Below the pieces are notes generated by a model. That model worked only from the letters and a program-made list of their open reading frames with translations, searched no databases and had not been told where the DNA came from. 64,000 nucleotides of DNA from Acidobacteriota bacterium (lineage in GTDB: Bacteria > Acidobacteriota > UBA6911), in assembly GCA_963664705.1 (NCBI GenBank), contig OY761556.1, forward strand, positions 6,688,001-6,752,000, in the 5' to 3' direction. The number at the start of each line of letters is the position of its first letter. The first letter of the stretch is position 1. The position numbers and the translations under genes were made by a program. Positions 1-10,136 of this stretch are shown here, one piece after another.

Positions 1-206
1 GCGCCAACGCCGCCGGCTTTGCGCAACTCTGCGGCCGCAGGGTGCGTGTAAGCCTCCGGCAAGGGGGCTCCTGAAAACCAGGAGTCGGCGATGAATCGTC
101 CGGTTCCGGAAGGGTGCATGACATCGCCACCCCAGAGTGTGTCAATTCCAATAACGGCATCGGCAATCAGGCGATCGAGTTTTGTGACTTCCTTGACGGA
201 CCCCAT
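1..206 (-). CDS. Hypothetical protein, N-terminal part (runs off the window start)
   Basis: Not in the ORF track. Manual translation MGSVKEVTKLDRLIADAVIGIDTLWGGDVMHPSGTGRFIADSWFSG... is open to base 1; AAGGAGG RBS precedes the ATG at 206. Confidence 0.7.
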   Translation of the reverse strand, partial: MGSVKEVTKLDRLIADAVIGIDTLWGGDVMHPSGTGRFIADSWFSGAPLPEAYTHPAAAELRKAGGVG

Positions 207-481
207 TTCAACCCCTCCTTGTGTATACAACCAGGTTATTGGCTCGAAGACACGAGGATACTGAGCGACGGTCACGAGAACAGGAATTGGAGCCACTTCC
301 GGAAAACTAGTAATTCTGATTTAAAGCGTTGAAGTCATTATAGCAGGGAAAGATATTCAAGTCTGCAGCTTTGAGCACTGGCGCGGGTTTGGAGTCCATG
401 GCACATAAAAGAAATCTAATGTCCCGCCGGGCCGCGCGCTTTACAGGCGTGTTTGCAAGCGCCATCCTCCAATAGGAATTA

Positions 482-2371
482 TCATTTTGCGATGGCAACC
501 GATTGGATGAAACCCGCGAACTCCTGCCCTGTAACAGTCAGATACTCAATCTCGACTCGACTGCCCGGCAACTCTTCGCAGGGTTCAAAGCCGGTTTTGC
601 CAGGCGCGCCCACGGCGTAGTACTGGACCTTGTAGTAATTTTCGGCGCGCAGCATCTTTTGTTTTCCGGCCGATTCAAGAACAACAATCATCGTGGCGGG
701 GAAGTCGCAATAAACGGATTTGACGATTCCCGCGACTTTAGCGGCGGGCCCTTTTTTTACTCCCGACAGATCGGGTTTGGGCGGTGCGGGGGGCAAAGGT
801 TCTTCCTGGCGCTGCCGTTCGAGCTGGGCAACTCTCCGGGCATATTCCTCCTGCTCCCGCCTTTGAAATTCCTCCTCCTGCGACTGCTTGCGTCGATTGG
901 ACTCGAGCACCCATTCCTGGTGCTTCTTGATTCCGAATAGGATCGACTCGGCCAGGTTCTTCTCTGCGTCTGTTTTTGCCAGCTTGAGAACATCTTCCGC
1001 GATGCGGGAGGCTTCGTCATATCGTTCCATGGCGGCCAGCACCTGGCTTTCATTGATGCGGTACCTCAATTCGGCCGGTTCGAGTGCGGAAGCTTTCCGG
1101 GTCAGGGCAAGAGCTTCCGGCAGTTTCGTTTTCTGCATGGTCAGAATCTGGGCCAGCATATTGATGCCCGGCACGAACTCGGGATTCAAAGCGAGTGCGG
1201 CGCGAAGATATTGTTCGGCTGCGGAATAGTTCCTTCCGTTTTCAAACTCCATTTGTGCGGCATAAAATTGTGCCAGCAGACTCCTGGAATTCTGCCTTGC
1301 CGCCGAGAGAAAGAAACCGCGGGCTTTATCTCGGCTCCCAAGTCTTAACTGCAGCAGGCCCATGCCTTCGTTGGCTTCAGCGTTTTGGGCATCCAATTGA
1401 AGCGATCGCTCCAGCATTGCCTGGGCATCGGGCAGGCGATTCGAACTGACAAGAAACTGCCCCCGCAGCGCTGTTGATTCAGCTTCGGTCAATGTTTTTA
1501 GTCCGTATTCCTCCTCCCTCATCCCCAGCTTTGCCGGCACCTGGTAGGCATAGAAAGCGAGGTCATTGATGTAGCTGCCCAGTTTTTTCTCCAGGCTGCT
1601 CATGTCGCCAAAGGCCTGGGTCGCAGCCTGCTCATCCGGAACGCCCTTCAGCAGCAATGTCAGGAAGGAAGCCATCTGCTCCCGATGCGCTCCCTTGTCT
1701 CCAATCATGAGGTAGTGTGTAAGAGCCCACGATTGGGCATAAAAGACCTGGGCCTTCTCCTGCTGGTTGTAATGCGGGGAATCGCTGCTGATGCTCATCA
1801 GCGTGGAGAGCGGGATCATGGAGAGTCGCTTCAAAGTTTGAATCAATTCCGGGCTTGCCATCCCCAGCGTCGATTCCCCTTCGCCGATCTTTGCATAGGA
1901 AAAAAATTCGGCAAGTCCTTCCATGAGCCAGAGCGGCAGCTTCCCAAAATTCAGTCCCATGACCTTATGAACATATTCATGATAGATGACGTGAAATGCT
2001 CTTTCCTCGGGAAGGTCGAGTCGGACCGCAACAAAACTTCTTTCAGGATTGCCGAGAAACACGCCGGACCACTCCGCCGCATCCTTTCCCTGTCGTATGG
2101 GAAGAAGAGATTTCAGCCCTTTCAGGTCGCGGGTCGCGAAGATTTCGAGCGGGGCACCCGAGTCGACTTTCAGATTGGGCTGCCACGCCTGGAGCAGGAG
2201 GCGGAACTGTTCGAAGGATCGGGCTGTGCGCCGGGCTTGAGACTGGCTTGCATTGCTGATGACGATGAAATTCGGGCTCTGCACCTCGATCCATGATTCC
2301 TCTTCGGATATGCCTGTTGCAGGTAAGATCAGCCACACCAGGCTGCACAATATCCACGCTCGCAGATGCAT
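482..2371 (-). CDS. Secreted DUF1570-like (gluzincin-type) metallopeptidase domain plus TPR protein
   Basis: Signal peptide; HEYVH...PLWLMEGLAEFF (HExxH plus EG); several TPR-like helical repeats; charged coiled coil and C-terminal beta domain. Confidence 0.75.
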   Translation of the reverse strand: MHLRAWILCSLVWLILPATGISEEESWIEVQSPNFIVISNASQSQARRTARSFEQFRLLLQAWQPNLKVDSGAPLEIFATRDLKGLKSLLPIRQGKDAAEWSGVFLGNPERSFVAVRLDLPEERAFHVIYHEYVHKVMGLNFGKLPLWLMEGLAEFFSYAKIGEGESTLGMASPELIQTLKRLSMIPLSTLMSISSDSPHYNQQEKAQVFYAQSWALTHYLMIGDKGAHREQMASFLTLLLKGVPDEQAATQAFGDMSSLEKKLGSYINDLAFYAYQVPAKLGMREEEYGLKTLTEAESTALRGQFLVSSNRLPDAQAMLERSLQLDAQNAEANEGMGLLQLRLGSRDKARGFFLSAARQNSRSLLAQFYAAQMEFENGRNYSAAEQYLRAALALNPEFVPGINMLAQILTMQKTKLPEALALTRKASALEPAELRYRINESQVLAAMERYDEASRIAEDVLKLAKTDAEKNLAESILFGIKKHQEWVLESNRRKQSQEEEFQRREQEEYARRVAQLERQRQEEPLPPAPPKPDLSGVKKGPAAKVAGIVKSVYCDFPATMIVVLESAGKQKMLRAENYYKVQYYAVGAPGKTGFEPCEELPGSRVEIEYLTVTGQEFAGFIQSVAIAK

Positions 2372-2407
2372 AGAGCTTCCTCAGGTAAACCGATGGTGAT
2401 CCGGGAA

Positions 2408-3031
2408 CTACGAGTCCGCAATCAGAGCGGCAATTCCAAGCCAGAGTTGATAGGTTCCCAGCCCCGCCAGTGCAACGGACGATATTCCGGTCAGGCTTTT
2501 CCTTATCCCGGGTGCGAGTTTCCTCGCGGTTGCAAAGAGAACAACCATCGCAATCATTGTTCCTATCATCGTAACATAGAAGCCGAGCAGCGGCACAAGT
2601 CCCATGGAAGCCGATTTCTTCCAGCCGCCCAGAACGATGGGGCCCAGAACAATGCTCCAGGAAAGATAGACATTGGGATTAAACCAGTTCACTACAGCGG
2701 CTTTCCATAAATTATCCGAGCCGGTATTGACCGACGTCGGACCGGTTGCATCGTTCGCCGCCCAGGATCTATAGGCTCCATGCGCAAGATAGAAGATAAA
2801 CAGGCCTCCGGGAATCCTCAGGAGTTCAACCGAACTTGATGGGACCTGGCTCAGAATTGCCAGGACAAGAATGGCAATCGGTCCGTCGCTGATCAGCGGC
2901 GAAAAGGCAACGGGAAGGGCACGGCGCCATCCGGCCGCCATCGCCTGGGAGATAAGATAGATAGCCAGCGGACCGGGAGTAACCGCGGCGGCAAATCCAT
3001 AAGCAATTGCCGGAATCACAGATGAAAGCAT
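2408..3031 (-). CDS. LysE family translocator
   Basis: N-terminal TPGP motif, NWFNPNVY motif, about 6 hydrophobic segments, 207 aa. Confidence 0.85.
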   Translation of the reverse strand: MLSSVIPAIAYGFAAAVTPGPLAIYLISQAMAAGWRRALPVAFSPLISDGPIAILVLAILSQVPSSSVELLRIPGGLFIFYLAHGAYRSWAANDATGPTSVNTGSDNLWKAAVVNWFNPNVYLSWSIVLGPIVLGGWKKSASMGLVPLLGFYVTMIGTMIAMVVLFATARKLAPGIRKSLTGISSVALAGLGTYQLWLGIAALIADS

Positions 3032-3236
3032 TCGTTAAGCTCGCTGAAAAGGAACAGGTATATCATGATCAAAGATAGAAAATGAAGCGCACATCGGGAG
3101 TATTCGACAGGAGATTCCAGGCACTGGAGGGGGGCCGTCTCTCCGGCAAGGTGTGTGGCTGCTTGCATGGTGCTGGCTGCCGGGACAGCTACGGCTGCAT
3201 ATTATTTGTTTGAATCCCTGGGACGCGAGCGAAGCA

Positions 3237-3420
3237 CCAGGCCCGGAGGGCCGAAAGAGAGTAGCCGGAGGTGAGCGCTTTTTGCGAACCCCCGGTAGAG
3301 ATAAGCGCGAGAAAGAGCCCTGAAGGGACGAAAGATCGGCATTCTGCCGCCCCCTTTGGGGCTTGCTACTGGTCTAATCAAAATCCAGGCGTTCGCTGCG
3401 CTTCGCCCCTTCGGGCCTGG
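3237..3420. repeat. REP/MITE-like palindromic element, copy 1
   Basis: Terminal inverted repeats ccaggcccg...cgggcctgg; internal blocks (gaaagatcgg..ttctgccgcccc; gggcttg.tactgg.ctaatc.aatccagg.gttcgctgcgct) are shared with 9123-9454. Confidence 0.75.
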
Positions 3421-3496
3421 CGCTTCACTCGCGCCGCAGAGCTCAGAACAATTAGCATGCGGCATTAGTCGGGGCGGCGGCGATTCCAGTGGGGAT

Positions 3497-4483
3497 TCAG
3501 TGCAACACTTGCCGACGGGACGATCGTGCTCCCAGTTGCCCGATTTTTTGCGACAAGGCAAAGAGGTGTCCGACTTTTAACAATCCTCCGATGCGGTAAT
3601 TTGCCAGACCTGCAAAGCCTGCGGCCGCAATGCAGCCGCATTCGCTGCACTCCGGCTGTCCTCCAATCTGGCAGGGCCGAACCGGCGTGTCGAGGTCAGC
3701 TGCGACGCATTGTGTGATCTGGGCAAAGAGACATTCAGCCGGTGATTTTGGAGGCGTGCGCATGCCATCGAGCAAAATGTCCGGCGCATGTACTTTGGGA
3801 TATCCGGTTCGCAGTCTGGCAATTTCGTGAATGGCTTTCCTGCGCTGCTCCGGGTTAAGCCTTTGCCTGGAAGCATCCTCTCGTTGCGGTGTGAAAAGGC
3901 TGAACCATATTTTGCGGGCGCTTGCCTGCGCGGACCACAGGGAGACAAATTCCTCGAGGTAGCCGGGGTCATCAAGAAACTGGGGCAGAACGGTGCAATG
4001 GATAATGACGCGGTGCCCCTGTATGTTTTTCAGTATGCGTTCATAGGTAGCGGGGAATCGCCGCGCATCATGGTCGGAGGTCAATCCGTCCACAGAAACA
4101 ACCAAGTGAAGATTGGGAATCCTTGCCCATTCTTCCGGGATGGGTCGAACCGCGCTGGTAACGATTTGCACTTCGATCCCCCGTGTGTTGAGCTGCGGGA
4201 TCACCTCATTTAGCTCCCGGTGGCGCAACAGTGGTTCTCCTCCCACAAAGGAGACATGCAGCGGGCGGCACGCCCGGATCAGTGCGAGCGTTTTTCCCAC
4301 AAGTTCTCCCCCTTGCCATTCGGAAAGCTCGCGCATAGTCTGCCCATTGCCCAGGTGAGCCGAATCGAATGCATAACAGCCGGGGCAGCGGAGCGGACAT
4401 TGTTTGGTAATTTCGACTGAAAGAAAGGGCCGGTATCCACGGAGAATACACGCCCATGCGGGAAGAATGGCGCTGGCACGCAT
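3497..4483 (-). CDS. Radical SAM protein with Cys-rich C-terminus
   Basis: CPLRCPGC motif, GGEP, C-terminal C...PCQIGGQPECSECGC. Confidence 0.9.
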   Translation of the reverse strand: MRASAILPAWACILRGYRPFLSVEITKQCPLRCPGCYAFDSAHLGNGQTMRELSEWQGGELVGKTLALIRACRPLHVSFVGGEPLLRHRELNEVIPQLNTRGIEVQIVTSAVRPIPEEWARIPNLHLVVSVDGLTSDHDARRFPATYERILKNIQGHRVIIHCTVLPQFLDDPGYLEEFVSLWSAQASARKIWFSLFTPQREDASRQRLNPEQRRKAIHEIARLRTGYPKVHAPDILLDGMRTPPKSPAECLFAQITQCVAADLDTPVRPCQIGGQPECSECGCIAAAGFAGLANYRIGGLLKVGHLFALSQKIGQLGARSSRRQVLH

Positions 4484-4519
4484 CGGATGATTTCCTTCCT
4501 TTAGGGGGGGTAAACCTGG

Positions 4520-5818
4520 TTACTCTCCAAAACTTCCGGTTGTTCCGCGAAATCCGTTCAGAGCCTGTTTCAATGTCCAGCGGATAGCGCGGCTGGCATG
4601 GTAGCAGTAAGCCAGATTATGGTTCAGCGTTGAGAAACAATGGGGCTGACATTCCCGTTTCAGCTGGCGGAGCTGCTCATGTTGGAATTGTGGATTCCTG
4701 ACAACACCCCAGTCGTGGCTGGCTGAATACATCGGGAAGCATGGCCCCAGTGTCCCGTCAGTTCGAATGATCAGGGAGTTTTGTCCCGCACGGCAGTCCC
4801 AATCCTGCAGTTTGCCCCGCATAAACTGTTTCATCTCCTCAAGACGATGCACTGAATTGACCATTTTGTAGCCCGAGCGATTTTTGTCGATCAGCCAGTC
4901 GATCAATGCATCCACTTCAGGCCAGTCCTCCCGCATGATGAAGGTATTGTTACGATCGTTGTGCCGGAAGTGCGGCTGATCCAGCATTGGAGATTCGTTG
5001 ATGTGATAATCGGTGGCAATCCCGTTGTCGTGCGCAATTTCCGTGAGCTGCCTTACATCGTTCAGGTTAATGCGCGTGATGTTGATGTTGAAGAAAACGC
5101 TGAAGCCGTAGACGTATTGTTTCTTTAAAAGGTATCTGAAATACGGCAGGATCGGATTCAGGGCTTTCGGTAACTCCACACGATCGTCGACCGAATCGAC
5201 CGCCAGATTGACGGTAGCGACTCCTGCGTCCCCCAGCCGATCGATAACTTCCTCGCGCAGCAGCCGCCCATTTGTGGGGACGTAGACCCAGAATCCCCTT
5301 TTCGCTGCGGCATACACAACTTTGTGGGCGAACCCGGGACGGAGCAGCACTTCGCCTCCCATGAGGGCGAGCACGCGGCATCCTGTGTCGTGCAGCCAGT
5401 CGATCGATCTCCTGGCAATATCCTCTGTCATCCCCTGAACTCTGTTGTTAAAAGCCCAGCAATAATGACAGTCCAGGTTGCATTTCCATTCTGTGAAAAG
5501 GTACGCAATGATGGGGTGCAGGTCTCCGGGTGCAAGCCTGGACCGCACATAGGGATAAAGCCAGCCACGCAATGCGCGCCTCAGGATGAATGGAGTGATG
5601 CGTGTACGATAGGGGTTTCCATTCGATGGGATGTACCTGGTGTCGGGTTCCACATTGCCCAGCAGTTCCGGGTATTGAGGGAATACCGGTTCAGGCAAGG
5701 CCGTGGTGTTTTCCGGTACCGGCGATTCCAATTTTTGAACTCCCTTTAGCTGATCGAGGGCCTTGCGGGCCAGCCTGAAATGCGGTTCAGGCGCTGCCGT
5801 CGATTTATGCTCTAACAT
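4520..5818 (-). CDS. Radical SAM protein with Twitch/SPASM-like C-terminus
   Basis: CNLDCHYC, MGGEV, CRAG...DG...PCFP...CQPHC. Start moved to ATG 5818, which has an AGGAG RBS. Confidence 0.9.
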   Translation of the reverse strand: MLEHKSTAAPEPHFRLARKALDQLKGVQKLESPVPENTTALPEPVFPQYPELLGNVEPDTRYIPSNGNPYRTRITPFILRRALRGWLYPYVRSRLAPGDLHPIIAYLFTEWKCNLDCHYCWAFNNRVQGMTEDIARRSIDWLHDTGCRVLALMGGEVLLRPGFAHKVVYAAAKRGFWVYVPTNGRLLREEVIDRLGDAGVATVNLAVDSVDDRVELPKALNPILPYFRYLLKKQYVYGFSVFFNINITRINLNDVRQLTEIAHDNGIATDYHINESPMLDQPHFRHNDRNNTFIMREDWPEVDALIDWLIDKNRSGYKMVNSVHRLEEMKQFMRGKLQDWDCRAGQNSLIIRTDGTLGPCFPMYSASHDWGVVRNPQFQHEQLRQLKRECQPHCFSTLNHNLAYCYHASRAIRWTLKQALNGFRGTTGSFGE

Positions 5819-6054
5819 GAGATGCAATCTCCTTGCAGGTCGGATGAGCGGGGGGCAGGAATAACAAGCTTGAAAATAAAATATAAGAACGAGGCAAAAA
5901 TACAAGGACCTATTTGAATCGAAATCTGAAATTTCTTTCAGGCTCAAAGCTCCGATTAGCTAGGGTCTTGCCGGGGCTTTCGGTGGAAAAAGATTGTTTG
6001 AATATACCCGGGACATCATAATGCCGTGCGAAATCATTCTATGGAGGTGCGGCT

Positions 6055-6885
6055 GTGAAAATTGCGGATCTCTTCAAAGTGGAAGGATACGGAGTTGTCA
6101 TCACGGGTGGCGGAAGCGGGATAGGCTTGGGCTATGCGGAAGCGCTCGCCGCGAACGGCGCACGCGTAACGATCCTCGATGTGGATTCCAAGCGCGTGGA
6201 AGCGGAGGCGAAACGGCTGTCCGGGGCCGGATATGACGTTCGCGGGCAGGTCGTAGATGTCACGGATCATAACGGGCTGGATGCCGCTATCGATGAGGCC
6301 GTGCGTATTTACGGGAGACTCGATGTCGTTTTTGCCAATGCGGGCATCGATCCCGGTGTCGGATTTATCGGCGGATGGCCTGGCAATGAACGGCCTCGCG
6401 TTCCGGAAGGCGCGCTGGAAAACTATACCGACGAGCGGTGGAACCGCCTGATTGAGATCAACCTGAATGGCGTGTTTGCAACGGTTCGTGCGGCCGTTCG
6501 GCATATGAGGCCGCGAAAGTCCGGGCGCATCATCATTACGACTTCGCTGGCATCAACTCGCGTGGAGCCCGCCATTGGAGCCGCTTATATGGCTGCCAAA
6601 GCCGGATCGGCAAATTTCATGAAAAGCGTGGCCCTGGAGCTTGCGGCATACAACATCACGGTTAATGCGATTGCGCCTGGCTACATTGTTACCAATATCG
6701 GCGGAGGGCATGCTCATGATCCTGTCGAGCAGAAAGCCGTGGCATCCACAATACCCATGCATCGCGTTGGCTTTCCGGAAGATATGCAGGGGTTGGCGCT
6801 CTTCTTTGCATCCCATGCCTCTGATTACATCACCGGTCAGGAAGTAATCGTGGATGGCGGTCAACACATCGGCGTGGCGGACTGA
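6055..6885 (+). CDS. SDR family NAD(P)-dependent oxidoreductase
   Basis: TGGGSGIG, ANAG, YMAAK catalytic motif, VNAIAPG, DGG. Confidence 0.95.
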   Translation: MKIADLFKVEGYGVVITGGGSGIGLGYAEALAANGARVTILDVDSKRVEAEAKRLSGAGYDVRGQVVDVTDHNGLDAAIDEAVRIYGRLDVVFANAGIDPGVGFIGGWPGNERPRVPEGALENYTDERWNRLIEINLNGVFATVRAAVRHMRPRKSGRIIITTSLASTRVEPAIGAAYMAAKAGSANFMKSVALELAAYNITVNAIAPGYIVTNIGGGHAHDPVEQKAVASTIPMHRVGFPEDMQGLALFFASHASDYITGQEVIVDGGQHIGVAD

Positions 6886-6895
6886 TTCTGCCTGC

Positions 6896-6926
6896 CGGAA
6901 GCGCTGGCGCCTCGCCGGCGCTTCCA
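6896..6926 (+). terminator. GC-rich hairpin after the SDR gene (terminator or REP-like)
   Basis: ggaagcgctggcg-cct-cgccggcgcttcc stem-loop just after the stop codon; no U-tract. Confidence 0.45.
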
Positions 6927-7027
6927 GTGCGCTCTTTCGCTATTCCCGGAAGGATCTTCTGCCGATATTACAAGTGAATCAATGATCGGCTTGAGATTCG
7001 ACTGAAGATTGGCCGAAGGAGGCAGGA

Positions 7028-8971
7028 TTGAGAAAGAAAATCGGCGAGACTTTGGTCGCTCAAGGTGTCATCAACGAAGAGCAGCTGCAACGGGCTCGTC
7101 TGGAGCAAAGACGGTCCGGGGGGCGCCTGGGCGACATTCTCGTTCGCCAGAAGGCTGCCACCGAACTTCAGATTGCCAAAGCCCTGGCAGAACAAAACAA
7201 CATTCCCCTGATGAACTTTGACCGGGAAGAGTGTGACCCGAGCGTCGTTAGGCTGATTCCCCGGCAATTTGCCGAGAAATACCGCTGTATCCCGCACCGG
7301 ATTGTCAACCAGGAGTTGTGGGTGGTAATGGCAGACCCGCTCTCCCTGTCGGTCATCCACGACCTGGAATTTGCCACGGGCAAGCGCATCCGATTGTGTC
7401 TTTCCACTCCCTCTCAAATCCTGGCCGCGATTGGGAGGTTCTATTCGGAAGGCGGGGCAAATCCCCAAAAGCAATCCGGCAGGGATTCTTTGCAACCTGA
7501 CAATGAACCGCCGGAGCAGAGTCCGATCGAAGTAGTCGCCGACTCGCAGGATCGTGGTCCGGAGGCCACGGGGCCGGTTGCGGAGATGGTCGATGAAATA
7601 CTGGAGCAGGCCATTTTGTCCGGCGCGAGCGATATCCACATCGAAGCCTGTGAAAATGAAGTGACGGTACGTCATCGCCTGGATGGCTTGCTGAAAGAGG
7701 TGTCTACAGTTCCGAAGCTGGTTCAGGACGGTTTGGTCAGCCGCCTGAAAATCATGGCTTCGATGGATATCGCCGAGAAGCGGCTCCCGCAGGATGGAAG
7801 GTTGAGGATCTGGTCAAAAGAAGGGCGCAAAGTGGATTTCAGAGTCTCCTCTTTGAGAACCCTCCACGGAGAAAAGGTCGTTCTGCGAATGCTGGACCAT
7901 TCAAGGGGATTGCCTTCCCTGGATACGCTTGGATTTTCCGCGGGAGATTTGAAGCAGGTGCGGAGCTTTTTGAAGCATCAATATGGAATGATCCTGACGG
8001 TCGGACCCACGGGAAGCGGCAAATCCACGACCCTTGCGGCTGCCCTGGCAAGCATACGCACTCCCGAGGTCAATATCGTGACCATCGAAGACCCGGTTGA
8101 ATATGAAATTGCCGGGATCAACCAGACGCAGGTCCACGAAAAGATCAAGCTCACGTTTGCACGATCGCTGCGGGCCATTCTGCGACAGGACCCGGATGTA
8201 ATTCTGGTTGGCGAGATCCGTGACCAGGAAACGGCCAGGATCGCTATGCAGGCGGCGCAGACCGGGCACCTGGTCTTGTCAACGCTGCACACGGATGATG
8301 CGCCGTCCGCCGTGACCAGGCTCTGTGATATGGGCATCGAGCCCTATATTATCGGTTCAACGCTGATCGGAGTAATTGCGCAGCGGTTGGTCCGAAAACT
8401 CTGCGAGCATTGTCGCAAACCATATGTTCCTTCCGATGATGTACTGAAAGAGCTGAACATTACCCGACGCGATCTGTCCTGGCCTATGTATCACTCGGTA
8501 GGCTGCCCGGAATGCCGGCATACCGGCTATCGCGGACGCACAGGGATCTATCAGCTCATGGGTGTCAGCGACAGGATTTCCCGGATGATATCCCTGCATG
8601 CCGATGAAAATGCCATCCGCGATGCCGCTCTGGAAACCGGCATGATGACGCTTGGCGAAGATGGACTTGCCAAGGTGAAGGATGGCATCACCTCCCCGGA
8701 CGAATTGCTGCGTGTGGTGACGGAGGTGAATGAAATTCGGACGGTTTGCCCTTCCTGCGGGTGTTCCATCGGCGTGGATTTTCATGTTTGCCCCGATTGC
8801 GGCCGACGAATCGGAGGCGGGTGCAACCACTGCGGCCGTGCCTTGAAACCCTCCTGGCACTACTGTCCGTTCTGTTCGAACCCGGTTTCTCCGCAGCGAG
8901 CGGCTGTCGGAGGCAATGCCGTGGAGTTCCGTGAAACCGGGAACGCCGCCGCCGAAGCTCGTCATCGCTGA
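7028..8971 (+). CDS. GspE/PilB-family assembly ATPase with MshEN N-terminus and C-terminal double zinc ribbon
   Basis: KKIGETLV...GRLGDILV (MshEN-like), ASDIHIE, RLPQDGR, Walker A GPTGSGKS, Walker B LVGEIRD, CEHC/CPEC, then CPSC/CPDC/CNHC/CPFC. Confidence 0.93.
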   Translation: MRKKIGETLVAQGVINEEQLQRARLEQRRSGGRLGDILVRQKAATELQIAKALAEQNNIPLMNFDREECDPSVVRLIPRQFAEKYRCIPHRIVNQELWVVMADPLSLSVIHDLEFATGKRIRLCLSTPSQILAAIGRFYSEGGANPQKQSGRDSLQPDNEPPEQSPIEVVADSQDRGPEATGPVAEMVDEILEQAILSGASDIHIEACENEVTVRHRLDGLLKEVSTVPKLVQDGLVSRLKIMASMDIAEKRLPQDGRLRIWSKEGRKVDFRVSSLRTLHGEKVVLRMLDHSRGLPSLDTLGFSAGDLKQVRSFLKHQYGMILTVGPTGSGKSTTLAAALASIRTPEVNIVTIEDPVEYEIAGINQTQVHEKIKLTFARSLRAILRQDPDVILVGEIRDQETARIAMQAAQTGHLVLSTLHTDDAPSAVTRLCDMGIEPYIIGSTLIGVIAQRLVRKLCEHCRKPYVPSDDVLKELNITRRDLSWPMYHSVGCPECRHTGYRGRTGIYQLMGVSDRISRMISLHADENAIRDAALETGMMTLGEDGLAKVKDGITSPDELLRVVTEVNEIRTVCPSCGCSIGVDFHVCPDCGRRIGGGCNHCGRALKPSWHYCPFCSNPVSPQRAAVGGNAVEFRETGNAAAEARHR

Positions 8972-9122
8972 ACTGTGACCGGGGCCCCACCGGGAGCGCC
9001 GCCGTCCCGGCCAATGCTGCATGATATTCGCGCAAGGAACTTGCAAGAGCAATGCATTGCAGCCCCGGCAAGGGGTGCGGTTAGAAAGGTCGATAATCAT
9101 TCCTCGTTGGGTCGAATCCAAT

Positions 9123-9454
9123 CCAGCCCCGGCAGGGGCGATCAGAAATTAGCCAGGGGTGAAGCGAAGCGAACCCCTGGTAAAGACAAGCGGGAGAATG
9201 AGCCCCGGTAGGGGCGAAAGATCGGTCCTTCTGCCGCCCCTTCAGCAGCCCGCCCACCGGTGGTGTTCCAAACATCAAGGGAACTCGATTTATTTTTTGC
9301 TTTTTCTCTGTTTAGTTAAATACTTGGAACAAATATAGTTATGATTCCCGATTTGCATCGAGCGCCTTAGGAGGGCTTGTTACTGGCCTAATCCAATCCA
9401 GGGGTTCGCTGCGCTCACGCCTGGATACTCGCTTTCGGCCCCCTCCGGGCCTGG
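9123..9454. repeat. REP/MITE-like palindromic element, copy 2, with an internal insert
   Basis: gccccgg.aggggcg palindromes. The reverse complement of 9399-9454 matches 3237-3295; 9210-9242 and 9373-9415 match consecutive blocks of copy 1. Confidence 0.7.
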
Positions 9455-9537
9455 TGCCGACAAATATTCCTATTCCCGGCTGGAACATAGACTCTCTGTG
9501 TCTTTGCAGTGTATGCTGGCGCTTTCCGAAAGGGTCT

Positions 9538-10098
9538 ATGAAATCACTGCGGCAATACATCCTTCACAGTCTTCTCATGCTCATTGTTGCCGGTGGCTTT
9601 GCATCCATTTCTGCACAGCCACGGCGAGAGGTGCAAGCGATCGGATGCTACATAGGCAAAAGCGCGGATGGAAATAAGCCCGGGTATTCCGTGCCGCTCT
9701 GGTCATGGAACAGCCAAATCATTGGATTGATCGAATACCGGCATAATCGTCCGGGTGAGCAGCGGCCGCAAGGCCTGTTGACCGAGGTCCAATACGATTC
9801 GGGCACGGGCCGGATTTCCTTTGAGACAAAGATGACGACCGGCGTGCACTCCTGCCCGAAGCATCGCAAGGTTCCTTCGCATGACCTGTTGTCTTTCCGT
9901 GGAGTATTGAAGGAAGACAGGCTGGAAGGGGATCTGGTGCTTTGGGATCAACTCGATGCTCCGCCCGTAGCCCTGGACCGCCATCCAGGTTTTGTGCTTC
10001 CTTTGGATGAAAGCTGCCGTCCGATGACCTTCGAAGCCTATGAAGTATGGCATTGGTTTCTGAATCCGGAATATCAGTCGCGCGGCCCTAAATGGTGA
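9538..10098 (+). CDS. Hypothetical exported protein
   Basis: MKSLRQY... signal peptide ending ISA-Q; sits directly before the carboxylesterase gene. Confidence 0.65.
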   Translation: MKSLRQYILHSLLMLIVAGGFASISAQPRREVQAIGCYIGKSADGNKPGYSVPLWSWNSQIIGLIEYRHNRPGEQRPQGLLTEVQYDSGTGRISFETKMTTGVHSCPKHRKVPSHDLLSFRGVLKEDRLEGDLVLWDQLDAPPVALDRHPGFVLPLDESCRPMTFEAYEVWHWFLNPEYQSRGPKW

Positions 10099-10136
10099 GA
10101 TATTCGAACCGCTATATTGGTACTGGAGGAATTCGC

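Noticed and set aside
3497-6050. RiPP cluster around the radical SAM pair
   Set aside because: No plausible precursor peptide, RRE domain, peptidase or dedicated ABC exporter nearby.
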